Below, in pieces: positions 37,541 to 45,807 of a DNA stretch of 47,064 bases. This DNA comes from a virus. Taxonomy: Duplodnaviria; Caudoviricetes. How positions within the stretch are numbered: the stretch's first letter is position 1; each line of letters opens with the position of its first letter. The position numbers and the translations under genes are program-made. The stretch is taken from positions 1 to 47,064 of IMG/VR virus record IMGVR_UViG_3300030333_006085; one strand, 5' to 3'. The notes below the pieces were generated by a model. That model was not told the origin of the DNA and did not search any database. It saw only the letters and a program-made list of their open reading frames with translations.

Positions 37541-38617
37541 ATGCAAAACAATTTTTTAAAGAGTATAATAAAAGAGACAGGAAATAAATATGCGTCGATT
37601 GCGTCAGATGGCATTGATGGCTCTGATGTTAACGGTTGGGTTGATACAGGCAGTTTTTCTTTTAACGCCCTACTTAGTGGTTCTTTGTTTGGTGGTATAC
37701 CTAATAATAAAATTACTGCCTTAGCAGGAGAATCAGCAACAGGAAAGACTTACTTTACTTTGGGAATTTGTGATAAATTCCTTCGGGACAATCCCGATGC
37801 AAATGTTCTGTATTTCGATACAGAATCAGCAGTAACTTCAGAAATGATTGCGGAGCGTGGTATTGACCCGAACCGAGTTGCCATTCTTCCTGTTGCAACA
37901 GTCGAAGAGTTTCGTCATCAAGCAATTAAAATTGTAGATGCATATGCGGAACTTGGAAAAGACCAAAAAACTCCAGTTGTTATTGTATTGGATTCACTTG
38001 GTCAACTTTCAACCGCAAAAGAAATGCAAGATACCGCAGACGGAAAGGGAACGAGAGATATGACTCGCGCCCAAGTTATCAAAGCAACTTTCCGTGTACT
38101 TACTCTTAAGTTGGGCGCCGCAGGTATTCCATTGATTCTTACCAACCACACCTATGATGTGATTGGTTCAATGTTCCCACAAAAAGAAATGAGTGGTGGT
38201 TCTGGTCTGAAGTACGCCGCTTCTACAATCATCTATCTTTCAAAGAAGAAGGTGAAAGAAGGAACGGACATCATTGGAAACATCATTCATTGTAAGTTGT
38301 TCAAGAGTAGACTCACCAAAGAAAATTCTATGGTTGATGTTATGTTGAATTATGACCACGGATTGAATCCGTATTATGGTCTTGTTGACATTGCCATTAA
38401 GTATGATATCTTTAAGAAAGTTTCAACTCGTATTGAACTTCCTGACGGAACAAAGGCTTACGAAAAGACTATTTACAAAGACCCTGAAAAGTACTTCACA
38501 GAAGAAGTTATGCAAAGACTTGAAGAGGCAGTTGCAAAAGAATTTAAATATGGTAATATGTCTGTAACTGAAGAAGAAGAAGTTTTTGAAGAACTAGAAA
38601 CCGTAGAAGATGCTTGA
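37541..38617 (+). CDS. uvsX: RecA-like recombinase UvsX
   Basis: [46 protein letters not shown]. Confidence 0.96.
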   Translation: MQNNFLKSIIKETGNKYASIASDGIDGSDVNGWVDTGSFSFNALLSGSLFGGIPNNKITALAGESATGKTYFTLGICDKFLRDNPDANVLYFDTESAVTSEMIAERGIDPNRVAILPVATVEEFRHQAIKIVDAYAELGKDQKTPVVIVLDSLGQLSTAKEMQDTADGKGTRDMTRAQVIKATFRVLTLKLGAAGIPLILTNHTYDVIGSMFPQKEMSGGSGLKYAASTIIYLSKKKVKEGTDIIGNIIHCKLFKSRLTKENSMVDVMLNYDHGLNPYYGLVDIAIKYDIFKKVSTRIELPDGTKAYEKTIYKDPEKYFTEEVMQRLEEAVAKEFKYGNMSVTEEEEVFEELETVEDA

Positions 38618-38924
38618 ATACACATATGTAAATCATCCCGCCGCAGAAAAAAACCAAGCAATCAAAATTAAAAACAATGATTATAAAGATATAGTTTTTA
38701 CTTTTGGTAGGGTTAGTTTTTATGAGGTAGATGATACCCCGCATATTAAATTTGACTATAATGTTCTAGAAGGGGAAGACCCCAAATCAGAAGACTTCAT
38801 AAATCTTCTTGGTGATATTGTAGTTGATATAATGGAAAGAGAATTCAAGTTAAAGGAACAGGGAGTCTTTGTAGATGAATCAGACTATAGAGAAAACAAT
38901 ACTAAAGAATCTTCTGAAGAATGA
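38610..38924 (+). CDS. Probable gp40-like head-vertex assembly chaperone
   Basis: Lies between uvsX and gp41 as gp40 does in T4; [10 protein letters not shown]...IKFDY...F..LLGDI pattern. Confidence 0.5.
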   Translation: MLEYTYVNHPAAEKNQAIKIKNNDYKDIVFTFGRVSFYEVDDTPHIKFDYNVLEGEDPKSEDFINLLGDIVVDIMEREFKLKEQGVFVDESDYRENNTKESSEE

Positions 38925-40290
38925 AGCATACACTCGAAAGGTTGTACCCTTCATCAAAGAAGAATACTTTCACGACAGAGTGGAGAAGATGCTATTTACT
39001 TCCATCTTTGAGTTTGTTGCAAAATACAATTCTCTTCCCCCAGTAGATGCCTTGAGTATTACTCTTTCAAATGCATCCATAAACGAAGATGAATTTAAGA
39101 CTGCAACAAAACTTATAGAAGAAATTGATGCTGATGCTGACACAAACGAAGATTGGTTAATTGAACAAACTGAAAAGTTCTGCAAAGATAAGGCGGTGTA
39201 TAATGCGATTATGGAGTCAATCCACATTATCGATGGCAAATCAACGAGCGTCAAGACGGAGAACGCAATTCCAGAAATCCTCTCCGAAGCACTATCAGTC
39301 TCCTTCGATACAAGCGTCGGACACGACTACATCGAAGACGCAGAAGACCGATACCAATTCTACCACAAAGTAGAAGAGAAAGTTCCTTTCGATATTAGTT
39401 TGCTTAACACTATCACAAATGGTGGAACACCGACTAAAACATTAAACATTGTAATGGCAGGAACAGGTGTAGGTAAGTCACTCTTTATGTGTCACCACGC
39501 CGCATCTTGTTTATCACAAGGACTAAATGTTCTTTATATTACTTGTGAGATGGCAGAGGAAAGAATCGCAGAACGAATTGATGCAAACCTTATGGATATT
39601 ACAATGGATGAACTGAAAGAACTTCCAGAGATGTCCTACGCAAAGAAGATTGGCAAGATTCAAAAGAAGAATTGCGGAAAACTAATTGTCAAGGAATATC
39701 CCACAGCGACAGCAAGCACAAATCATTTCAGACATCTTCTTGATGAACTTGGAATGAAGAAGAAATTTAAACCTGATATTATTTTTGTTGACTATCTGAA
39801 TATTTGTGCTTCTTCACGAATGAAGATGGGTTCAAGTGTAAACTCATATACTTACATTAAAGCAATCGCAGAGGAACTCCGAGGACTCGCAGTAGAAAGA
39901 AATGTACCAGTCTGGTCTGCCACACAGGTGAATCGTACTGGATACACCTCAAGCGATTTTGGACTGGAGGACACATCAGAATCATTTGGTTTGCCAGCAA
40001 CGGCTGACTTTATGATTGCATTAATTGGTACAGAGGAACTTGACCAGTTAGGTCAGATTCTTCTAAAGCAACTAAAGAATAGATACAATGATTCAATCTC
40101 AAATCGGAAATTTGTGATTGGTATCAATCGTGCCAAAATGAAACTCTTTGACCTAGAAGATACTGCTCAAATCGGACTAGTTGATACTGGACAGAAGGAT
40201 AGTTTTGGTGTAGGATTCGATGGTAATAACTTTGACACAAAATTTACACAAAAGAAAGCCGACAAAGAATTTGTTGACTGGAAAATTTAG
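38875..40290 (+). CDS. gp41: Replicative DNA helicase
   Basis: EKFCKDKAVYNAI, AGTGVGKS, EMAEERIAERIDAN, KEYPT, DYLNIC, SESFGLPATAD. Confidence 0.97.
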   Translation: MNQTIEKTILKNLLKNEAYTRKVVPFIKEEYFHDRVEKMLFTSIFEFVAKYNSLPPVDALSITLSNASINEDEFKTATKLIEEIDADADTNEDWLIEQTEKFCKDKAVYNAIMESIHIIDGKSTSVKTENAIPEILSEALSVSFDTSVGHDYIEDAEDRYQFYHKVEEKVPFDISLLNTITNGGTPTKTLNIVMAGTGVGKSLFMCHHAASCLSQGLNVLYITCEMAEERIAERIDANLMDITMDELKELPEMSYAKKIGKIQKKNCGKLIVKEYPTATASTNHFRHLLDELGMKKKFKPDIIFVDYLNICASSRMKMGSSVNSYTYIKAIAEELRGLAVERNVPVWSATQVNRTGYTSSDFGLEDTSESFGLPATADFMIALIGTEELDQLGQILLKQLKNRYNDSISNRKFVIGINRAKMKLFDLEDTAQIGLVDTGQKDSFGVGFDGNNFDTKFTQKKADKEFVDWKI

Positions 40291-40300
40291 GAGTTCTATT

Positions 40301-40417
40301 ATGTCTAATGATAGAGATATTAGCAAAGAAGAATTGAAAGAATGGGAAGACTGGGCAAAGGAATGGATTTCTGAACTTGAAGAAGAAGATAAAAAGAAGG
40401 AAAGTGAAACAGAATGA
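40301..40417 (+). CDS. Small acidic hypothetical peptide
   Basis: AGGAG RBS, ATG 40301, ATGA overlap with the primase gene. Confidence 0.55.
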   Translation: MSNDRDISKEELKEWEDWAKEWISELEEEDKKKESETE

Positions 40418-41469
40418 CAACCTTTGTTGATAAAAAATTTATCAATAGAATCTCTGGAACACTTAGAAATTTTAAGTGGAAGAAAGACAACTTAGCAAAT
40501 TGTTCTTGTCCTCTCTGCGGTGACTCTCAGAAGAACCAAAGAAAGGCAAGGGGATTCTTTTATCAAAAAGGAAATGATTATTTTTATAAATGTCATAACT
40601 GCGGAGCAGGACACAACCTATATAATTTTTTAAATCAGGTATCTCCGTCACTATGTAAGGAATACCGCCTGGAGAGGTTTCGTGATGGCGAAACAGGCAA
40701 ATCCAATTACAAGAAGCCGGAGAAAGAAGAAGTGTTTAAATTTATTGACTCAAAACCTAAATTTAAAAAGAAAGATAAGGTTCTAGACCAACTAAAGTGT
40801 CTAGCAGATTTACCAAAGGAACATCCCGCAGTTCAGTTTGCGGATATGCGAAAAATACCAAGAGAACATTTTCCCTTGCTGTATTTTACAGATGACTTTG
40901 GGAAGTTTGTTCGCAACAGTCTTGATTCAAATGTTTTTGTTGGAAGGGAGAATCGAATTGTAATTCCATTCTTCAACAGTCACGGTGATGTTGTTGCCGC
41001 TCAGGGAAGAGCAATCAATTTTAAGGACGAAGAGAACGCAAGACAGACTGCAAAATATATCACAATTAAAGCAGACAAAAGTATTGATAGACTTTGGTAT
41101 GGTCTTTGGAGAGTGAATCCAAAGAAGAGAGTTTATGTCGTTGAGGGTCCTATTGATTCTCTGTTCCTACAAAATTCAGTTGCAATGGTAGGTGCAGGAG
41201 CATTGAAAGAAATTCCTGAAAGACTATTAAACACAAAAATGACATATATTCTTGATAATGAACCTCGCAATCGACAGATTTGTGCGTATAATGAAAAACT
41301 AATCGAGATGGGAAAAGAAGTTTGTATCTGGCCAAGCAATATTCAAGAGAAAGATATTAACGATATGGCATACAGAATTTCTACTCGCAAGATTCAAAAG
41401 ATTATTGATGAAAACACATACACAGGGTTGAAAGCAACACTAAAATTTAATGAGTGGAGAAAAGTGTGA
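40414..41469 (+). CDS. gp61: DNA primase
   Basis: Zinc finger CPLCGDS...CHNCG; TOPRIM motifs VEGPIDSLF, DNEPRN, KDINDM. Confidence 0.96.
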   Translation: MTTFVDKKFINRISGTLRNFKWKKDNLANCSCPLCGDSQKNQRKARGFFYQKGNDYFYKCHNCGAGHNLYNFLNQVSPSLCKEYRLERFRDGETGKSNYKKPEKEEVFKFIDSKPKFKKKDKVLDQLKCLADLPKEHPAVQFADMRKIPREHFPLLYFTDDFGKFVRNSLDSNVFVGRENRIVIPFFNSHGDVVAAQGRAINFKDEENARQTAKYITIKADKSIDRLWYGLWRVNPKKRVYVVEGPIDSLFLQNSVAMVGAGALKEIPERLLNTKMTYILDNEPRNRQICAYNEKLIEMGKEVCIWPSNIQEKDINDMAYRISTRKIQKIIDENTYTGLKATLKFNEWRKV

Positions 41470-42185
41470 AAGAAAAGATTGATGTTTTAGATAATGGTCA
41501 TGTGCAGATGGTAAGTCATATGGGAACAGACTTGACAGTAGTAAATGCTGCCAGAGTTTCATTTTCAAATGAAAGTCACTTCGAATTAGACAACGGTGGG
41601 ATGCCCTACCTGTCTACTAAAGACACTAAACTTATTCGTTATCTCGCAAAGCACAACCACTGGACACCGTTCGCACATCCGCAGATTACTCTGCGAATCA
41701 AAGCACCCATTTCCATTCGCACACAATTCTTTAAACATAAGCAAGGATTTGTAGAGAATGAAGTTAGTCGCAGGTATGTCGATGACACCCCTGAATTTTA
41801 TTACCCAAAGTTACGACACAGACCATCAGGAAACGCCAAACAAGGAAGTGATGGTTGGTTGGAATGTGTTGACGGAGGTGGGGAGACATCTGGAGGATTT
41901 GCAACACATCCTCTATATGAGGGATACAAATCGGTAATCAAAAGTGCGATGAATGCATACGAAGATTTGATTGCGTCCAATGTTGCACCCGAACAAGCAC
42001 GGTTTGTTCTTCCACAAGCAATGTACACTGAATGGTTCTGGACAGGTTCTCTCGCCGCTTATGCAAGATTCTATAAACAACGGATTGATGACCACGCACA
42101 GTGGGAAATTCAACAGTATGCAGAAGCAGTCGGAAAAATTATTCAACCATTGTTCCCAGTTTCTTGGAACGAACTAACAAAATAA
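41466..42185 (+). CDS. thyX: Flavin-dependent thymidylate synthase
   Basis: VVNAARVSF, HWTPF.H, NEVSRRY, APEQARFVLP, HAQWEI. Confidence 0.96.
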   Translation: MKEKIDVLDNGHVQMVSHMGTDLTVVNAARVSFSNESHFELDNGGMPYLSTKDTKLIRYLAKHNHWTPFAHPQITLRIKAPISIRTQFFKHKQGFVENEVSRRYVDDTPEFYYPKLRHRPSGNAKQGSDGWLECVDGGGETSGGFATHPLYEGYKSVIKSAMNAYEDLIASNVAPEQARFVLPQAMYTEWFWTGSLAAYARFYKQRIDDHAQWEIQQYAEAVGKIIQPLFPVSWNELTK

Positions 42186-42219
42186 TATAGATAATACATT
42201 CAAAGAGGAAAAGTAAATT

Positions 42220-44142
42220 ATGAACTATACAAGTGACATCCTACCAGAAGAATTTCTGTCCCAATACAAAGATAAGAAGCCTAACTGGGGTTACAATGGT
42301 CTTGGTGAGATTGTTTATAAAAGAACATACTCTCGCTTAAAGGAGGACGGAACAAATGAAGAATGGTGGGAAACGGTTGCACGATGCGTCAATGGGGCGC
42401 AAAAGATTGGTGCTGACTACACAAAGAAAGAAGCACAACAACTTTATGATTACATCTTCAACCTCAAATGCAATTTTGCAGGTAGAATGCTTTGGCAATT
42501 GGGCACTACAACCGTTGATAGGTTTGGTGCAAATTCTCTCCTGAATTGTTGGGGTGTATGTATTCGTGACATTGATGACTTCTGCTTTATCTTTGAAAAC
42601 TTGATGCTTGGTGGTGGAGTTGGATTCTCTATTCGTAAGGAAGATGTCCACGACTTACCTCGCGTCAAAGAAGGCGTAGTTGTAACACACGAAAAGACAA
42701 ATGATGCAGATTATATTGTTCCTGATTCCCGTGAGGGTTGGGTAAAACTTCTGAAGAAGTGTCTTAAGTCATACTTCTACACTGGTGAATCATTTACTTA
42801 TTCTACAATTCTTGTTCGCTCATCGGGTGAACACATTCGTGGATTTGGTGGTAAAGCATCTGGTCCTGCCATTCTTATTGAAGGAATTGAAAAGATTGGT
42901 GAAGTAATTCGTGAGCGTGAAGGAAAGAAACTTCGCTCCATTGATGTTCTTGACATTTGTAATATCATTGGTTCTGTTGTAGTTGCAGGTAATGTTCGTC
43001 GTTCTGCTGAGATTGCTGTCGGTGACCCCGATGATTATCTGTTCCTTCGTGCAAAGCGTTGGGACTTAGGAAATGTTCCTAACTGGAGAGCAATGTCCAA
43101 CAACACAATCTACGCAGATTCATATGACCATATCAGTGATACAGTGTGGAAAGGTTATGATGGTTCGGGTGAACCTTATGGCTTCTTTAATCTTCCACTT
43201 GCACAGAAGTATGGTAGACTACAAGACAAGAGAAAAGATAAATGTGAGATTGTAAACCCTTGTGCAGAGATTCTTTTGGAATCACACGAATGTTGTAATC
43301 TCTCTGAAATATATCTTAATAATATCAACTCCAAAGCAGAACTAAAAGAATGTGCAAAACTTCTGTATAAAACACAGAAAGCAATTTGTGCCTTACCATT
43401 TATTCATAAGAAGACTGAAGATGTGGTTCACAAGAATATGCGAATTGGTGTTGGTGTTACTGGTATTTGCCAATCTTTAGATAAGTTAGATTGGTTAGAT
43501 GATTGTTACGAAGCACTTCGTGATTATGATAAAATGTGGTCGGAGAAAAAGGGGTATCCAGAAAGCGTTCGTTTAACGACAGTCAAACCTTCAGGTACAC
43601 TTTCGCTCTTGTCAGGAAGTACACCTGGCGTTCATCCTGCATACGCAAATTACTTTATTCGTCGTGTTCGTATGTCAAGTGATGATGCACTTGTTGAAGT
43701 ATGCAGAAACGCTAATTATCCTGTTGAATATGCAAGACAGTTTGACGGAACAGAAGATAGAGGTACGGTTGTTGTTGAATTCCCTTGCCATATTAATGGT
43801 AAAACTATTCTAGCAGAAGATATGACTGCGGTAAAACAATTAGAACTCGTAAAGGAACTACAAAGTAAATGGTCGGACAATTCGGTATCTGTTACCGTGT
43901 ACTACCGTTTGGAAGAACTAGACGAAATTAAACAGTGGATGGAAAAGAATTACGAGAAGTCTCTTAAGACTGTAAGTTTCCTTCTCCATAACGACCACGG
44001 TTTTGACCAAGCACCATACGAAGAAATCACCAAAGAAGAATATGAAAAGGCAGTTTCTAAACTAAAGCCTATTCAAGGAATTGAAAGTGGTGATGTATTA
44101 AATGAACTAGAATGTGAAAGTGGCGCTTGCCCAATTAGGTAA
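42220..44142 (+). CDS. nrdJ: Class II (adenosylcobalamin-dependent) ribonucleotide reductase
   Basis: YKRTYSR, LMLGGGVG, VPDSREGW, GNVRRSAEI, NPCAEI, TVKPSGT, C-terminal CESGACPIR. Confidence 0.95.
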   Translation: MNYTSDILPEEFLSQYKDKKPNWGYNGLGEIVYKRTYSRLKEDGTNEEWWETVARCVNGAQKIGADYTKKEAQQLYDYIFNLKCNFAGRMLWQLGTTTVDRFGANSLLNCWGVCIRDIDDFCFIFENLMLGGGVGFSIRKEDVHDLPRVKEGVVVTHEKTNDADYIVPDSREGWVKLLKKCLKSYFYTGESFTYSTILVRSSGEHIRGFGGKASGPAILIEGIEKIGEVIREREGKKLRSIDVLDICNIIGSVVVAGNVRRSAEIAVGDPDDYLFLRAKRWDLGNVPNWRAMSNNTIYADSYDHISDTVWKGYDGSGEPYGFFNLPLAQKYGRLQDKRKDKCEIVNPCAEILLESHECCNLSEIYLNNINSKAELKECAKLLYKTQKAICALPFIHKKTEDVVHKNMRIGVGVTGICQSLDKLDWLDDCYEALRDYDKMWSEKKGYPESVRLTTVKPSGTLSLLSGSTPGVHPAYANYFIRRVRMSSDDALVEVCRNANYPVEYARQFDGTEDRGTVVVEFPCHINGKTILAEDMTAVKQLELVKELQSKWSDNSVSVTVYYRLEELDEIKQWMEKNYEKSLKTVSFLLHNDHGFDQAPYEEITKEEYEKAVSKLKPIQGIESGDVLNELECESGACPIR

Positions 44143-44159
44143 AAAATAACAAATTAAAA

Positions 44160-44187
44160 TTGACAACAGCGTTTATTAAGGTATAAT
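44160..44187 (+). promoter_or_regulatory. Consensus sigma70-type promoter for the peptide/porin cassette
   Basis: TTGACA-N16-TATAAT with an A-rich UP-like tract upstream. Confidence 0.8.
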
Positions 44188-44202
44188 TAATGCTTACTAA
44201 AA

Positions 44203-44285
44203 ATGTATATGTCTACATAAGAGACATATTCATAAAGAGTCGGAGTAGACTCTAGGTGCATTCCGCACCATCCGTTAGCCAACGG
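44203..44285 (+). ncRNA. Structured 5' leader with four tandem hairpins (candidate cis-regulatory RNA)
   Basis: ATATGTCT/AGACATAT (44207-44229), AGAGTC/GACTCT (44236-44253), GGTGC/GCACC (44255-44269), CCGTT/AACGG (44272-44285). Confidence 0.55.
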
Positions 44286-44313
44286 TTTGACTTAGATACA
44301 AGGAGAAAAAGTT

Positions 44314-44502
44314 ATGGCTACAAAGAATGAATGTCCAATGCAATGTGGAAGCGATGTAGTTTCCCGAACCCTCGGCAAGATTGGCGTTTGCCGTAGTATG
44401 CTTATCACCCTCGCCCTCGTTCCATTCGCTTGGGATGGCGTTGTTTGGGTAGGTCAAGCACTTCAGTCCGTATGGGGCTTGGTAACTAACGCAGTCAACT
44501 GA
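44314..44502 (+). CDS. 62-aa small membrane peptide
   Basis: AAGGAG RBS; hydrophobic/amphipathic LITLALVPFAWDGVVWVGQAL; N-terminal CPMQC. Confidence 0.75.
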   Translation: MATKNECPMQCGSDVVSRTLGKIGVCRSMLITLALVPFAWDGVVWVGQALQSVWGLVTNAVN

Positions 44503-44518
44503 TTTGAACTCTGATAAC

Positions 44519-44551
44519 TAGGGAAGGTTTTTTGACCTTCTCTATCTTTTT
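44519..44551 (+). terminator. Intra-cassette terminator/attenuator-like hairpin
   Basis: TAGGGAAGGTT-TTTT-GACCTTCTCTA followed by TCTTTTT, between the peptide and porin genes. Confidence 0.55.
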
Positions 44552-44570
44552 ATACTTAAGGAGAATTACT

Positions 44571-45680
44571 ATGAGTAAGAAGAAGATGACAATTTATGGT
44601 GGAATCATTGCCGCAATCGTTGCAATGACCTTCGCCGCACCTGCTCTCGCTGATACTCCTGCACAACTCCGTGCAGAAGCAGACCGTCTAGAGATGGCTG
44701 AGCAAAGAGCAGAAATGACTAAAGCATTGGTACGAGATGTTCTCGCAGATGCTGATAGCCGTGCAATGTTTCAGGGAAGCAATTCTCCTGTAACTGTAAA
44801 TGTACACGGTTTTGCTCAGACTCGCTACTCTTATAACAGTGGTGGTGGTGTTGAAGCCAATCACGGTTTCGGTCTACCTGCTGTACGACTCATCCTTGAG
44901 GGTGATGTTTACGGTGTCGGTTATAAGGTAAGTGGTCAGTGGAGTGACGATACCAATCAGTTTGAACTAAAAGATGCTTACGGCACTTTTGGACTTGCAG
45001 GGTTGGACTTTAAGTTCGGTCAGTTTAAGACCGCATTTATGAGAGAGTGGAACATTGACCGTCAGGATACCTTGATGGCTGACCGCTCAATCGTTGCATA
45101 CACTTTCGGTCAAGGTTGGTCGCAGGGTATGGAAATTGGTAAGGACTTCGGTCGATTCGATTTCCGTGCTTCATACACCGATGGATTCAACACTGCAAAT
45201 GGTGCAGGTGTTGAGAACGGTTATGCCCTCACCGCTCGTCTTGGCGTAGATGTCACCGATTGGTGGAATCTTGGTGCCGCAGTTTCGTGGAACGATTTAG
45301 ACACTACAGACTACACAACATATACTGTAGACTCTGGTCTAAACTTTGGTGCCCTCGACCTCACTGCCGCATTCACTGGTGTAAACCGTGATGCAGGTGA
45401 TGATTGGGCTGCCACTTTCACCGCCGCTTATCAGTGTATGGATAACCTACAGGGTTACCTCGCATATGAGTATGGTGAACTCGAAGGTGCCGCAGACAAC
45501 CTAAGCGTTGTCACCGTTGGTGCGAATTACTTCATCAACGACAATGTTAAGTGGACAACCGATATCGGTTATGCTCTTAACGGAATTGGTGCAGGTTGGG
45601 ATACCGCATCTACTGGTTGGAACGGAAGTTCTGACAGTGGTGAATATCTCCTCCGCACTCAGATTCAAATTAGTTTCTGA
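44571..45680 (+). CDS. Outer-membrane beta-barrel porin (OprO/OprP-like), start at ATG 44571
   Basis: AAGGAG RBS; Sec signal peptide ending AAPALA-D; helical segment; amphipathic strands (VHGFAQTRYSY, LKDAY, FKFGQFK); C-terminal QIQISF BAM signal. Confidence 0.85.
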   Translation: MSKKKMTIYGGIIAAIVAMTFAAPALADTPAQLRAEADRLEMAEQRAEMTKALVRDVLADADSRAMFQGSNSPVTVNVHGFAQTRYSYNSGGGVEANHGFGLPAVRLILEGDVYGVGYKVSGQWSDDTNQFELKDAYGTFGLAGLDFKFGQFKTAFMREWNIDRQDTLMADRSIVAYTFGQGWSQGMEIGKDFGRFDFRASYTDGFNTANGAGVENGYALTARLGVDVTDWWNLGAAVSWNDLDTTDYTTYTVDSGLNFGALDLTAAFTGVNRDAGDDWAATFTAAYQCMDNLQGYLAYEYGELEGAADNLSVVTVGANYFINDNVKWTTDIGYALNGIGAGWDTASTGWNGSSDSGEYLLRTQIQISF

Positions 45681-45700
45681 AACTAATTTTTAAAAAACTT

Positions 45701-45743
45701 AAAAGGAAAGGCCTAGGTGTTAATCACTTAGGTCTTTCCTTTT
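45701..45743 (+). terminator. Rho-independent (probably bidirectional) terminator after the porin
   Basis: AAAAGGAAAGGCCTAGGTG-TTAAT-CACTTAGGTCTTTCCTTTT. Confidence 0.88.
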
Positions 45744-45750
45744 ATAAATA
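45743..45750 (+). promoter_or_regulatory. T4 late promoter (TATAAATA)
   Basis: Exact consensus directly after the terminator, upstream of the final ORF. Confidence 0.75.
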
Positions 45751-45807
45751 CATTGTCACATTCTATACAGATGAAATTCATAAAACTTTAGGGAAGAGGA
45801 ACAACTA

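Noticed and set aside
42186-42219. Cobalamin riboswitch upstream of the B12-dependent nrdJ
   Set aside because: The intergenic region is only ~34 nt and has no such structure.
34352-44142. Introns, inteins or homing endonucleases in gp43, uvsX, gp41, gp61, thyX or nrdJ
   Set aside because: All are uninterrupted and of ordinary length; no intein termini or HNH/GIY-YIG/LAGLIDADG ORFs seen.
44203-44285. tRNA or CRISPR mini-array interpretation of the hairpin cluster
   Set aside because: No acceptor stem, T-loop GTTC or CCA end, and the hairpins are not repeats of one sequence.
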